The notes under the pieces were generated by a model. That model was not told where the DNA came from. It was given only the letters and a program-made list of their open reading frames with translations, and did no database searches. 64,000 bases of DNA from the human T2T-CHM13v2.0 reference genome, Homo sapiens. The stretch lies in NCBI RefSeq assembly GCF_009914755.1, contig NC_060945.1; one strand, written 5' to 3'. The position numbers and the translations under genes were made by a program. Position 1 is the stretch's first letter; the number at the start of each line of letters is the position of its first letter. Below are positions 1 to 16,174 of the stretch, piece after piece.

Positions 1-725
1 ACGGGTGACCTTTCCGTCAATGCCAAGGAAAATCAAACAACACCTGGGACCCGGAGGGTGTGGGGGACGTCTGTGCCTGACCCAAGCCACGTTTTCAAAT
101 GCCTACCAGAGGAACAAAGATGTTTCGGCCAATTTCGCAACACCCCCAATCCTCCACCGACCTCGTAGCCCTGAAGCAACTTCGGCTGGCACAAACCCAC
201 AAAGAGTGGGAAAGAAACACACAGAGACTGAGAGATAGAGGGAGAAGAGAGAATGGGAGACAAACACACAGACACACACACACAGACGCAGAGTCATACA
301 GCAGAGGCATTGAAACACACACTCCCAGGCAACCCCTGAGGATCCGGGGTTCTGCTCTGGAGGAGAACGACCCTCGGGTGAGAGAGCAGCCCAGGAGCAC
401 GCAGGCCGACCCGTCCTCGAGATCACTGACCGCGGCGCGACTTTTGGCGAGATTCACCCTAACCAACACCGTCCGTGCAGGCCTGAGGCTGGGATCCCGT
501 GCTGCTTCCCCGGTCTCCACCTGGGGTTTCATCTTCATAGTCGGCCCTTTGTGACTGCTGGCATCAGGAGAGTTTCCCTTCGAGCCCGTGGAGAGGTGAG
601 ACCGGAGCCTCAGAGCCTCGATACCCAAGCACTGCCACGGAGGGCTCCTGCTCTGCAAAGCCTCGGGGACCGGTTTCTAAGACTACCGTGGGAACCACTG
701 TGACCGGAGAAACCGCTGGGGCCTC

Positions 726-821
726 GCACATGCGCATTGGCTAAGCCGACTCACGCTCCACTCCTGACAGATAGGCTGCGTCCCCTTTAAATATTGCCAC
801 CGCCGCGCGGCGGCCGCGATG
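726..821 (+). promoter_or_regulatory. Promoter-like cassette repeated once per monomer (representative copy)
   Basis: GC(G/A)CATGCGC NRF1-type motif at 726-735 (perfect GCGCATGCGC e.g. 3547-3556), abutting ATTGG (inverted CCAAT, 736-740), TTTAAATA at 786-793, NotI at 810-817 and ATG at 819. Motif evidence only. Confidence 0.5.
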
Positions 822-1512
822 TTCCTGCAGCAGCCGCGGTGGCGGCTGTGTCCTAGGACCTGTTTGGGGTGGCATGGGAGAGGGGACCGCGGGTGTCTCG
901 TCCTGTCCCAGGCCCAAACCCCCAGGGCTCCTGTCCTCAGGACCTGCTTGAGCCGACTTCCACCAAGGGAGGGGGAGCTTCAGGACGCCTGCTGTGTTCT
1001 CTGGACTCCCGTTGAGATCCCATTCTGGCCCCCTCCGAGTGACATAGGATGGGCTCACCACATGTGGTCAGGCCGGCAGGGCCTCGCTGCAGCACACAAT
1101 GACCCCATAGGTCTCAAGGCCTAGTGTCAGAGCAAACTCACTCATCCATCAGCCCTCTGCCTCCCTCCTCCTTTGAAAGAGCAGTGGCCTGCCCCGCTTG
1201 TAAAAGCCCAGGGGTTCCGGAAAGCCGAACGCGCTTTACAGGACAACTGCAAAGAGGAACAGAGGCGAAACCCAGGGGGAGACCATGTGACCACGCGTGG
1301 CACTGGCCAATCCCACAGCACTTGGTGTTAATGTGTGTCACCGGAGGCATACGGGGCGACGGCGAAACGAAGGGTGGGGTCCAGGCATATGCCGGTGGAA
1401 GGGGGAAACGGGTGACATTTCCGTCAGTGCGAATGAAAATCAAACCACACCTGGGAACCGGGAGGTGGGGGTGCCGACTGTGCCTGACACAAGCCACGTT
1501 TTCAAATGCCTA

Positions 1513-2088
<576 letters not shown>

Positions 2089-2924
2089 CTAAGACAACAG
2101 TGGGAACCACTGTGACGGGAGAAACCGCTGGCGCCTCACGCATGCGCATTGGCTGAGCCGACTCACGCTCCACTCCTGACAGATAGGCTGCGTCCCCTTT
2201 AAATATCGCCACCGCCGCGCGGCGGCCGCGATGCTCCTGCTGCCGCCCCGGCGTCGGCTGTGTCCTGGGTCCTGCTTGGGGCGGCGTGGGAGCAGGGGCC
2301 GCGGGTGTCTCGTCGTGTCACAGGCCCAAACCCCCAGGGCTCCTGTCCTCAGGACCTGCTTGAGCCGATTTCCAGCGAGGGAGGGGGAGCTTCAGGACGC
2401 CTGCTGTGTGCTCCGGACTCCCGTTGAGATCCCATTCTGGCCCCCTCCGAGTGACATAGGATGGGCTCACCACATCTGCTCAGGCCGGCAGGGCCTCGCT
2501 GCAGCACACAATGACCCAATAGGTCTCAAGGCCTAGTGTCAGAGCAAATTCACCGATCCATCAGCCCTCTGCCTCCCTCCTCCTTTGAAAGAGCAGTGGC
2601 CTGCCCCGCTTGTAAAAGCCCAGGGGTTCCGGAAAGCCAAACGCGCATTACAGGACAACTGCAAAGAGGAACAGAGGCGAAACCCAGGGGGAGACCATGT
2701 GACCACGCGTTGCACTGGCCAATCCGACAGCAGTTGGTGTTAATGTGTGTCACCGGAGGCATATGGGGCGACGGCGAAGCGAACGGTGGGGTCCAGGCAT
2801 ATGCTGGTGGAAGGGGGAAACGGGTGACATTTCCGTCAATGCCAAGGAAAATCAAACAACACCTGGGAACCGTGGGGTAGGGGGGCCTCCTGTGCCTGAC
2901 CCAAGCCACGTTTTCAAATGCCTA

Positions 2925-3497
<573 letters not shown>

Positions 3498-5739
3498 CTA
3501 AGACAACCGTGGGAACCACTGTGACGGGAGAAACCGCTGGCGCCTAGCGCATGCGCATTGGCTGAGCCGACTCACGCTCCACTCCTGACAGATAGGCTGC
3601 GTCCCCTTTAAATATCGCCACAGCCGCGCGGCGGCCGCGATGCTCCTGCTGCCACCCCGGCAGCGCCTGGGTCTTGGGTCCTGTTTCAGGCGGCGTGGGA
3701 GAGGGGGCCACGGGTGTCTGGTCCTGTCCCAGGCCCAAACCCCCAGGGCTCCTGTCCTCAGCACCTGCTTGAACCGACTTCCACCAAGGGAGGGGGAGCT
3801 TCAGGACGCCTGCTGTGTTCTCTGGACTCCCGTTGAGATCCCATTCTGGCCCCCTCCGAGTGACATAGGATGGGCTCACCACACGTGGTCAGGCCGGCAG
3901 GGCCTCGCTGCAGCACAAAATGATCCCATACGTCTCAAGGCCTAGTGTCAGAGCAAATTCACTCATCCATCAGCCCTCTGCCTCCCTCCTCCTTTGAAAG
4001 AGCAGTGGCCTACCCGCTTGTAAAAGCCCAGGGGTTCCGGAAAGCCGACCGTGCTTAAAAGGACAACTGCAAAGAGGAAGAGAGGCGAAATCCAGGGGGA
4101 GACCATGTGACCACGCGTGGCACTGGCCAATCCCACAGCAGTTGGTGTTAACGTGTGACACCGGAGGCAAACGGGGCGACGGCGAAACGAAGGGTGGGGT
4201 CCATGCACGTGCCGGTGGAAGGGGGAAACGGGTGACCTTTCCGTCAATGCCAAGGAAAATCAAACAACACCTGGGACCCGGAGGGTGTGGGGGACGTCTG
4301 TGCCTGACCCAAGCCACGTTTTCAAATGCCTACCAGAGGAACAAAGATGTTTCGGCCAATTTCGCAACACCCCCAATCCTCCACCGACCTCGTAGCCCTG
4401 AAGCAACTTCGGCTGGCACAAACCCACAAAGAGTGGGAAAGAAACACACAGAGACTGAGAGATAGAGGGAGAAGAGAGAATGGGAGACAAACACACAGAC
4501 ACACACACACAGACGCAGAGTCATACAGCAGAGGCATTGAAACACACACTCCCAGGCAACCCCTGAGGATCCGGGGTTCTGCTCTGGAGGAGAACGACCC
4601 TCGGGTGAGAGAGCAGCCCAGGAGCACGCAGGCCGACCCGTCCTCGAGATCACTGACCGCGGCGCGACTTTTGGCGAGATTCACCCTAACCAACACCGTC
4701 CGTGCAGGCCTGAGGCTGGGATCCCGTGCTGCTTCCCCGGTCTCCACCTGGGGTTTCATCTTCATAGTCGGCCCTTTGTGACTGCTGGCATCAGGAGAGT
4801 TTCCCTTCGAGCCCGTGGAGAGGTGAGACCGGAGCCTCAGAGCCTCGATACCCAAGCACTGCCACGGAGGGCTCCTGCTCTGCAAAGCCTCGGGGACCGG
4901 TTTCTAAGACTACCGTGGGAACCACTGTGACCGGAGAAACCGCTGGGGCCTCGCACATGCGCATTGGCTGAGCCGACTCACGCTCCACTCCTGACAGATA
5001 GGCTGCGTCCCCTTTAAATATTGCCACCGCCGCGCGGCGGCCGCGATGTTCCTGCAGCAGCCGCGGCGGCGGCTGTGTCCTAGGTCCTGTTTGGGGTGGC
5101 ATGGGAGAGGGGACCGCGGGTGTCTCGTCCTGTCCCAGGCCCAAACCCCCAGGGCTCCTGTCCTCAGGACCTGCTTGAGCCGACTTCCACCAAGGGAGGG
5201 GGAGCTTCAGGACGCCTGCTGTGTTCTCTGGACTCCCGTTGAGATCCCATTCTGGCCCCCTCCGAGTGACATAGGATGGGCTCACCACATGTGGTCAGGC
5301 CGGCAGGGCCTCGCTGCAGCACACAATGACCCCATAGGTCTCAAGGCCTAGTGTCAGAGCAAACTCACTCATCCATCAGCCCTCTGCCTCCCTCCTCCTT
5401 TGAAAGAGCAGTGGCCTGCCCCGCTTGTAAAAGCCCAGGGGTTCCGGAAAGCCGAACGCGCTTTACAGGACAACTGCAAAGAGGAACAGAGGCGAAACCC
5501 AGGGGGAGACCATGTGACCACGCGTGGCACTGGCCAATCCCACAGCACTTGGTGTTAATGTGTGTCACCGGAGGCATACGGGGCGACGGCGAAACGAAGG
5601 GTGGGGTCCAGGCATATGCCGGTGGAAGGGGGAAACGGGTGACATTTCCGTCAGTGCGAATGAAAATCAAACCACACCTGGGAACCGGGAGGTGGGGGTG
5701 CCGACTGTGCCTGACACAAGCCACGTTTTCAAATGCCTA

Positions 5740-6315
<576 letters not shown>

Positions 6316-7151
6316 CTAAGACAACAGTGGGAACCACTGTGACGGGAGAAACCGCTGGCGCCTCACGCATGCGCATTGGCTGAGCCGACTCACGCTCCAC
6401 TCCTGACAGATAGGCTGCGTCCCCTTTAAATATCGCCACCGCCGCGCTGCGGCCGCGATGCTCCTGCTGCCGCCCCGGCGTCGGCTGTGTCCTGGGTCCT
6501 GCTTGGGGCGGCGTGGGAGCAGGGGCCGCGGGTGTCTCGTCGTGTCACAGGCCCAAACCCCCAGGGCTCCTGTCCTCAGGACCTGCTTGAGCCGATTTCC
6601 AGCGAGGGAGGGGGAGCTTCAGGACGCCTGCTGTGTGCTCCGGACTCCCGTTGAGATCCCATTCTGGCCCCCTCCGAGTGACATAGGATGGGCTCACCAC
6701 ATCTGCTCAGGCCGGCAGGGCCTCGCTGCAGCACACAATGACCCAATAGGTCTCAAGGCCTAGTGTCAGAGCAAATTCACCGATCCATCAGCCCTCTGCC
6801 TCCCTCCTCCTTTGAAAGAGCAGTGGCCTGCCCCGCTTGTAAAAGCCCAGGGGTTCCGGAAAGCCAAACGCGCATTACAGGACAACTGCAAAGAGGAACA
6901 GAGGCGAAACCCAGGGGGAGACCATGTGACCACGCGTTGCACTGGCCAATCCCACAGCAGTTGGTGTTAATGTGTGTCACCGGAGGCATATGGGGCGACG
7001 GCGAAGCGAACGGTGGGGTCCAGGCATATGCTGGTGGAAGGGGGAAACGGGTGACATTTCCGTCAATGCCAAGGAAAATCAAACAACACCTGGGAACCGT
7101 GGGGTAGGGGGGCCTCCTGTGCCTGACCCAAGCCACGTTTTCAAATGCCTA

Positions 7152-7724
<573 letters not shown>

Positions 7725-10700
7725 CTAAGACAACCGTGGGAACCACTGTGACGGGAGAAACCGCTGGCGCCTAGCGCATGCGCATTGGCTGAGCCGACTC
7801 ACGCTCCACTCCTGACAGATAGGCTGCGTCCCCTTTAAATATCGCCACAGCCGCGCGGCGGCCGCGATGCTCCTGCTGCCACCCCGGCAGCGCCTGGGTC
7901 TTGGGTCCTGTTTCAGGCGGCGTGGGAGAGGGGGCCACGGGTGTCTGGTCCTGTCCCAGGCCCAAACCCCCAGGGCTCCTGTCCTCAGCACCTGCTTGAA
8001 CCGACTTCCACCAAGGGAGGGGGAGCTTCAGGACGCCTGCTGTGTTCTCTGGACTCCCGTTGAGATCCCATTCTGGCCCCCTCCGAGTGACATAGGATGG
8101 GCTCACCACACGTGGTCAGGCCGGCAGGGCCTCGCTGCAGCACAAAATGATCCCATACGTCTCAAGGCCTAGTGTCAGAGCAAATTCACTCATCCATCAG
8201 CCCTCTGCCTCCCTCCTCCTTTGAAAGAGCAGTGGCCTACCCCGCTTGTAAAAGCCCAGGGGTTCCGGAAAGCCGACCGTGCTTAAAAGGACAACTGCAA
8301 AGAGGAAGAGAGGCGAAATCCAGGGGGAGACCATGTGACCACGCGTGGCACTGGCCAATCCCACAGCAGTTGGTGTTAACGTGTGACACCGGAGGCAAAC
8401 GGGGCGACGGCGAAACGAAGGGTGGGGTCCATGCACGTGCCGGTGGAAGGGGGAAACGGGTGACCTTTCCGTCAATGCCAAGGAAAATCAAACAACACCT
8501 GGGACCCGGAGGGTGTGAGGGACGTCTGTGCCTGACCCAAGCGACGTTTTCAAATGCCTACCAGAGGAACAAAGATGTTTCGGCCAATTTCGCAACACCC
8601 CCAATCCTCCACCGACCTCGTAGCCCTGAAGCAACTTCGGCTGGCACAAACCCACAAAGAGTGGGAAAGAAACACACAGAGACTGAGAGATAGAGGGAGA
8701 AGAGAGAATGGGAGACAAACACACAGACACACACACACAGACGCAGAGTCATACAGCAGAGGCATTGAAACACACACTCCCAGGCAAACCCTGAGGATCC
8801 GGGGTTCTGCTCTGGTGGAGAACGACCCTCGGGTGAGAGAGCAGCCCAGGAGCACGCAGGCCGACCCGTCCTCGAGATCACGGACCGCGGCGCGACTTTT
8901 GGCGAGATTCACCCTAACCAACACCGTCCGTGCAGGCCTGAGGCTGGGATCCCGTGCTGCTTCCCCGGTCTCCACCTGGGGTTTCATCTTCATAGTCGGC
9001 CCTTTGTGACTGCTGGCATCAGGAGAGTTTCCCTTCGAGCCCGTGGAGAGGTGAGACCGGAGTCTCAGAGCCTCGATACCCAAGCACTGCCACGGAGGGC
9101 TCCTGCTCTGCAAAGCCTCGGGGACTGGTTTCTAAGACAACCGTGGGAACCACTGTGACCCGAGAAACCGCTGGGGCCTCGCACATGCGCATTGGCTGAG
9201 CCGACTCACGCTCCACTCCTGACAGATAGGCTGCGTCCCCTTTAAATATTGCCACCGCCGCGCGGCGGCCGCGATGTTCCTGCAGCAGCCGCGGCGGCGG
9301 CTGTGTCCTAGGTCCTGTTTGGGGTGGCATGGGAGAGGGGACCGCGGGTGTCTCGTCCTGTCCCAGGCCCAAACCCCCAGGGCTCCTGTCCTCAGGACCT
9401 GCTTGAGCCGACTTCCACCAAGGGAGGGGGAGCTTCAGGACGCCTGCTGTGTTCTCTGGACTCCCGTTGAGATCCCATTCTGGCCCCCTCCGAGTGACAT
9501 AGGATGGGCTCACCACACGTGGTCAGGCCGGCAGGGCCTCGCTGCAGCACAAAATGATCCCATAGGTCTCAAGCCCTAGTGTCAGAGCAAATTCACTCAT
9601 CCATCAGCCCTCTGCCTCCCTCCTCCTTTGAAAGAGCAGTGGCCTACCCCGCTTGTAAAAGCCCAGGGGTTCTGGAAAGCCGACCGTGCTTAACAGGACA
9701 ACTGCAAAGAGGAAGAGAGGCGAAATCCAGGGGGAGACCATGTGACCACGCGTGGCACTGGCCAATCCCACAGCAGTTGGTGTTAACGTGTGACACCGGA
9801 GGCAAACGGGGCGACAGCGAAACGAAGGGTGGGGTCCATGCACGTGCCGGTGGAAGGGGGAAACGGGTGACCTTTCCGTCAATGCAAAGGAAAATCAAAC
9901 AACACCTGGGACCCGGAGGATGTGGGGGACCTCTGTGCCTGACCCAAGCCACGTTTTCAAATGCCTACCAGACGAACAAAGATCTTTCTGTCAATTTCGC
10001 AACACCCCCAATCCTCCACCGACCTCGTAGCCCTGAAGCAACTTCGGCTGGCACAAACCCACAAAGAGTGGGAAAGAAACACACAGAGACTGAGAGACAG
10101 AGGGAGAAGAGAGAATGGGAGACAAACACACAGACACACACACACACACGCAGAGTCATACAGCAGAGGCATTGAAACACACACCCCCAGGCAACCCCTG
10201 AGGCTCCGGGGTTCTGCTCTGGAGGAGAACGACCCTCGGGTGAGAGAGCAGCCCAGGGGCACGCAGGCCGACCCGTCCTCGAGATCACGGACAGCGGCGC
10301 GACTTTTGGTGAGACTCACCCCAACAAACACAGTCCGTGCAGGCCTGAGGCTGGGATCCCGTGCTGCTTCCCCGGTCTCCACCTGGGGTTTCATCTTCAT
10401 AGTCGGCCCTTTGCGACTGCTGGCATCAGGAGAGTTTCCCTTCGAGCCCGTGGAGAGGTGAGACCGGAGCCTCAGAGCCTCGATACCCAAGCAATGCCAC
10501 GGAGGGCTCCTGCTCTGCAAAGCCTCGGGGACTGGTTTCTAAGACAACCGTGGGAACCACTGTGACCCGAGAAACCGCTGGGGCCTCGCGCATGCGCATT
10601 GGCTGAGCCGACTCACGCTCCACTCCTGACAGATAGGCTGCGTCCCCTTTAAATATTGCCACCGGCGCGCGGCGGCCGCGATGCTCCTGCTGCCACCGCG

Positions 10701-13700
10701 AAGGCGGCTGTGTCCTGGGTCCTGTTTGGGGTGGCATGGGAGAGGGGACCGCGGGTGTCTCGTCCTGTCCCAGGACCAAACCCCCAGGGCTCCTGTCCTC
10801 AGGACCTGCTTGAGCCGACTTCCACCAAGGGAGGGGGAGCTTCAGGACGCCTGCTGTGTTCTCTGGACTCCCGTTGAGATCCCATTCTGGCCCACTCGGA
10901 GTGACATAGGATGGGCTCACCACATCTCCTCAGGCCGGTAGGGCCTCGCTGCAGCACACAATGACCCCATAGGTCTCAAGGCCTAGTGTCAGAGCAAATT
11001 CACTCATCCATCAGCCGTCTGCCTCCCTCCTCCTTTGAAAGTGCAGTGGCCTGCCCCGCTTGTAAAAGCCCAGGGGTTCCGGAAAGCCGAACGCGCTTTA
11101 CAAGACAACTGCAAAGAGGAACAGAGGCGAAACCCAGGGGGAGACCATGTGACCACGCGTGGCACTGGCTAATCTCACAGCAGTTGGTGTTAATGTGTGT
11201 CACCGGAGGCATACGGGGCGACGGCGAAACGAAGGGTGGGGTCCAGGCATGTGCCGCTGGAAGGGGGAAACGGGTGACATTTCCGTCAGTGCCAAGGAAA
11301 ATCAAACCACACCTGGGAACCGGGAGGTGGGGGTGCCGACTGTGCCTGACCCAAGCCACGTTTTCAAATGCCTACCAGAGGAGCAAAGAGGTTTCTGCCA
11401 ATTTCGCAACACCCCCAATCCTCCACCGACCTGGTAGCCCTGACGAAACTTCGACTGGTACAAACCCACAGAGAGTGGGAAAGAAACACACAGAGAGTGA
11501 GAGACAGAGAGAGAAGAGAGAATGGGAGACACACACACAGACACACACGCACACACACGCAGAGTCATACAGCAGAGGCATTGAAACACACACTCCCAGC
11601 CAACCCCTGAGGATCCGGGGTTCTGCTCTGGAGGAGAACGACCCTCAGGTGAGAGAGCAGCCCAGGGGCACGCACCCCGACACGTCCTCGTGATCACGGA
11701 CAGCGGTAAGGCTTTTGGCGAGACTCACCCCAACGAACACCGTCCGTGCAGGCCTGAGGCTGGGATCCCGTGCTGCTTCCCCCGTCTCCGCCTGGGGTTT
11801 CATCATCATGGTCGGCCCTTTGCGACTGCTGTCATCAGGAGAGGTTCCCTTCGACCCCGTGGAAAGGTGAGGCTGGAGTCTCAGAGCCTCGATACCCAAG
11901 CACTGCCACGGAGGGCTCCTGCTCTGCCAAGCCTCGGGGACTGGTGTCTAAGACAACCGTGGGAACCACTGTGACGGGAGAAACCGCTGGCGCCTCACGC
12001 ATGCGCATTGGCTGAGCCGACTCACGCTCCACTCCTGACAGATAGGCTGCGTCCCCTTTAAATATCGCCACCGCCGCGCGGCGGCCGCGATGCTCCTGCT
12101 GCCGCCCCGGCGTCGGCTGTGTCCTGGGTCCTGTTTGGGGCGGCGTGGGAGCGGGGGCCGCGGGTGTCTCGTCGTGTCACAGGCCCAAACCCCCAGGGCT
12201 TCTGTCCTCAGGACCTGCTTGAGCCGATTCCCAGCGAGGGAGGGGGAGCTTCAGGACGCCTGCTGTGTGCTCCGGACTCCCGTTGAGATCCCATTCTGGC
12301 CCCCTCCGCGTGACATAGGATGGGCTCACCACATGTGGTCAGGCCGGCAGGGCCTCGCTGCAGCACACAATGACCCCATAGGTCTCAAGGCCTAGTGTCA
12401 GAGCAAATTCCCCGATCCATCAGCCCTCTGCCTCCCTCCTCCTTTGAAAGAGCAGTGGCCTGCCCGGCTTGTAAAAGCCCAGGGGTTCCGGAAAGCCGAA
12501 CGCGCTTTACAGGACAACTGCAAAGAGGAACAGAGGCGAAACCCAGGGGGAGACCATGTGACCACGCGTGGCACTGGTCAATCCCACAGCAGTTGGTGTT
12601 AATGTGTGTCACCGGAGGCATACGGGGCGACGGCGAAACGAAGGGTGGGGTCCAGGCATATGCCGGTGGAAGGGGGAAACGGGTGACATTTCCGTCAACG
12701 CCAAGGAAAATCAAACAACACCTGGGAACCGTGGGGTAGGTGGGCCTCCTGTGCCTGACCCAAGCCACGTTTTCAAATGCCTACCAGAGGAGCAAAGAGG
12801 TTTCTGCCAATTTCGCAACACCCCCAATCCTCCACCGACCTGGTAGCCCTGAAGCAACTTCGGCTGGTACAAACCCACAGAGAGTGGGAAAGAAACACAC
12901 AGAGAGTGAGAGACAGAGAGAGAAGAGAGAATGGGAGACACACACACAGACACACACGCACACACACGCAGAGTCATACAGCAGAGGCATTGAAACACAC
13001 ACTCCCAGGCAACCCCTGAGGATCCGGGGTTCTGCTCTGGAGGAGAACGACCCTCGGGTGAGAGAGCAGCCCAGGAGCACGCAGGCCGACCCGTCCTCGA
13101 GATCACTGACCGCGGCGCGACTTTTGGCGAGACTCACCCCAACCAACACCGTCCGTGCAGGCCTGAGGCTGGGATCCCGTGCTGCTTCCCCCGTCTCCGC
13201 CTGGGGTTTCATCTTCATAGTCGGCCCTTTGCGACTGCTGTCATCAGGAGAGTTTCCCTTCGAGCCCGTGGAGAGGTGAGGCCGGAGCCTCGGAGCCTCG
13301 ATACCCAAGCACTGCCACGGAGGGCTCCTGCTCTGCAAAGCCTCGGGGACTGGTTTCTAAGACAACCGTGGGAACCACTGTGACCGGAGAAACCGCTGGG
13401 GCCTCGCGCATGCGCATTGGCTGAGCCGACTCACGCTCCACTCCTGACAGATAGGCTGCGTCCCCTTTAAATATCGCCACCGCCGCAGGGCGGCCGCGAT
13501 GCTCCTGCTGCCGCCGCGGCGGCGGCTGTGTCCTCGGTCCTGTTTGGGGCGGCATGGGAGAGGGGACCGCGGGTGTCTCGTCCTGTCCCAGGCCCAAACC
13601 CCCAGGGCTCCTGTCCTCAGGACCTGCTTGAGCCGACTTCCACCAAGGGAGGGGGAGCTTCAGGACGCCTGCTGTGTTCTCTGGACTCCCGTTGAGATCC

Positions 13701-15514
13701 CATTCTGGCCCCCTCCGAGTGACATAGGATGGGCTCACCGCATGTGGTCAGGCCGGCAGGGCCTCGCTGCAGCACACAATGACCCCATAGGTCTCAAGGC
13801 CTAGTGTCAGAGCAAACTCACTCATCCATCAGCCCTCTGCCTCCCTCCTCCTTTGAAAGTGCATTGGCCTGCCCCGCTTGTAAAAGCCCAGGGGTTCCGG
13901 AAAGCCGAACGCGCTTTACAGGACAACTGCAAAGAGGAACAGAGGCGAAATCCAGGGTGTGACCATGTGACCACGCGTGGCACTGGCCAATCCCACAGCA
14001 GTTGGTGTTAATGTGTGTCACCGGAGGCATACGAGGCGACGGCGAAACGAAGGGTGGGGTCCAGGGATATGCCGGTGGAAGGGGGAAACGGGTGACATTT
14101 CCGTCAACGCCAAGGAAAAACAAACAACACCTGGGAACAGTGGGGTAGGGGGGCCTCCTGTGCCTGACCCAAGCCACGTTTTCAAATGCCTACCAGAGGA
14201 GCAAAGAGGTTTCTGCCAATTTCTCAACACCCCCAATCCACCACCGACCTGGTAGCCCTGACGCAACTTCGGCTGGTACAAACCCACAGAGAGTGGGAAG
14301 GAAACACACAGAGAGTGAGAGACAGAGAAGAGAGAATGGGAGACACACACACAGACACACACGCACACACACGCAGAGTCATACAGCAGAGGCATTGAAC
14401 CCTGAGAACCCTGAGTCAACCCCTGAGGATCCGGGGTTCTGCTCTGGAGGAGAACGACCCACTGGGGGAGAGAGCAGCCCAGGAGCACGCAGGCCGACCC
14501 GTCCTCGAGATCACGGACAGCGGTAAGGCTTTTGGCGAGACTCACCCCAACCAACACCATCCGTGCAGGCCTGAGGCTGGGATCCCGTGCTGCTTCCCCC
14601 GTCTCCGCCTGGGGTTTCATCTTCATAGTCGGCCCTTTGCGACTGCTGTCATCAGGAGAGGTTCCCTTCGAGCCCGTGGAGAGGTGAGGCCGGAGCCTCA
14701 GAGCCTCGATACCCAAGCACTGCCATGGAGGGCTCCTGCTCTGTAAAGCCTCGGGGACTGGTTTCTAAGACAACCGTGGGAACCACTGTGACCGGAGAAA
14801 CCGCTGGGGCCTCGCGCATGCGCATTGGCTGAGCCGACTCACGCTCCACTCCTGACAGATAGGCTGCGTCCCCTTTAAATATTGCCACCGCCGCGCGGCG
14901 GCCACGATGCTCCTGCTGCCGCCGGGGCGGCGGCTGTGTCCTGGGTCCTGTTTGGGGCGGCATGGGAGAGGGGACCGCCGGTGTCTCGTCCTGTCCCAGG
15001 CCCAAACCCCCAGGGCTCCTGTCCTTAGGACCTGCTTGAGCCGACTTCCACCAAGGGAGGGGGAGCTTCAGGACGCCTGCTGTGTTCTCTGGACTCCCGT
15101 TGAGATCCCATTCTGGCCCCCTCCGCGTGACATAGGATGGGCTCACCACATGTGGTCAGGCCGGCAGGGCCTCGCTGCAGCACACAATGACCCCATAGGT
15201 CTCAAGGCCTAGTGTCAGAGCAAACTCACTCATCCATCAGCCCTCTGCCTCCCTCCTCCTTTGAAAGTGCATTGGCCTGCCCCGCTTGTAAAAGCCCAGG
15301 GGTTCCGGAAAGCCGAACGCGCTTTACAGGACAACTGCAAAGAGGAACAGAGGCGAAATCCAGGGGGAGACCATGTGACCACGCGTGGCACTGGCCAATC
15401 CCACAGCAGTTGGTGTTAATGTGTGTCACCGGAGGCATACGTGGCGACGGCGAAACGAAGGGTGGGGTCCAGGCATATGCCGGTGGAAGGGGGAAACGGG
15501 TGACATTTCCGTCA

Positions 15515-16174
<660 letters not shown>

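Noticed and set aside
99-554. 151-aa ORF and its many copies (…ERNTQRLRDR…[11 protein letters not shown]…WGFIFIVGPL), reminiscent from memory of FAM27-type predicted proteins
   Set aside because: It runs through the CA/GA microsatellite, so the frame changes between monomers, and it has no real ATG start. It is best explained as satellite-derived ORF noise.
1288-1312. Palindrome CCACGCGTGG followed by CCAAT as an ER-stress element
   Set aside because: The spacing matches neither ERSE (CCAAT-N9-CCACG) nor ERSE-II (ATTGG-N-CCACG).
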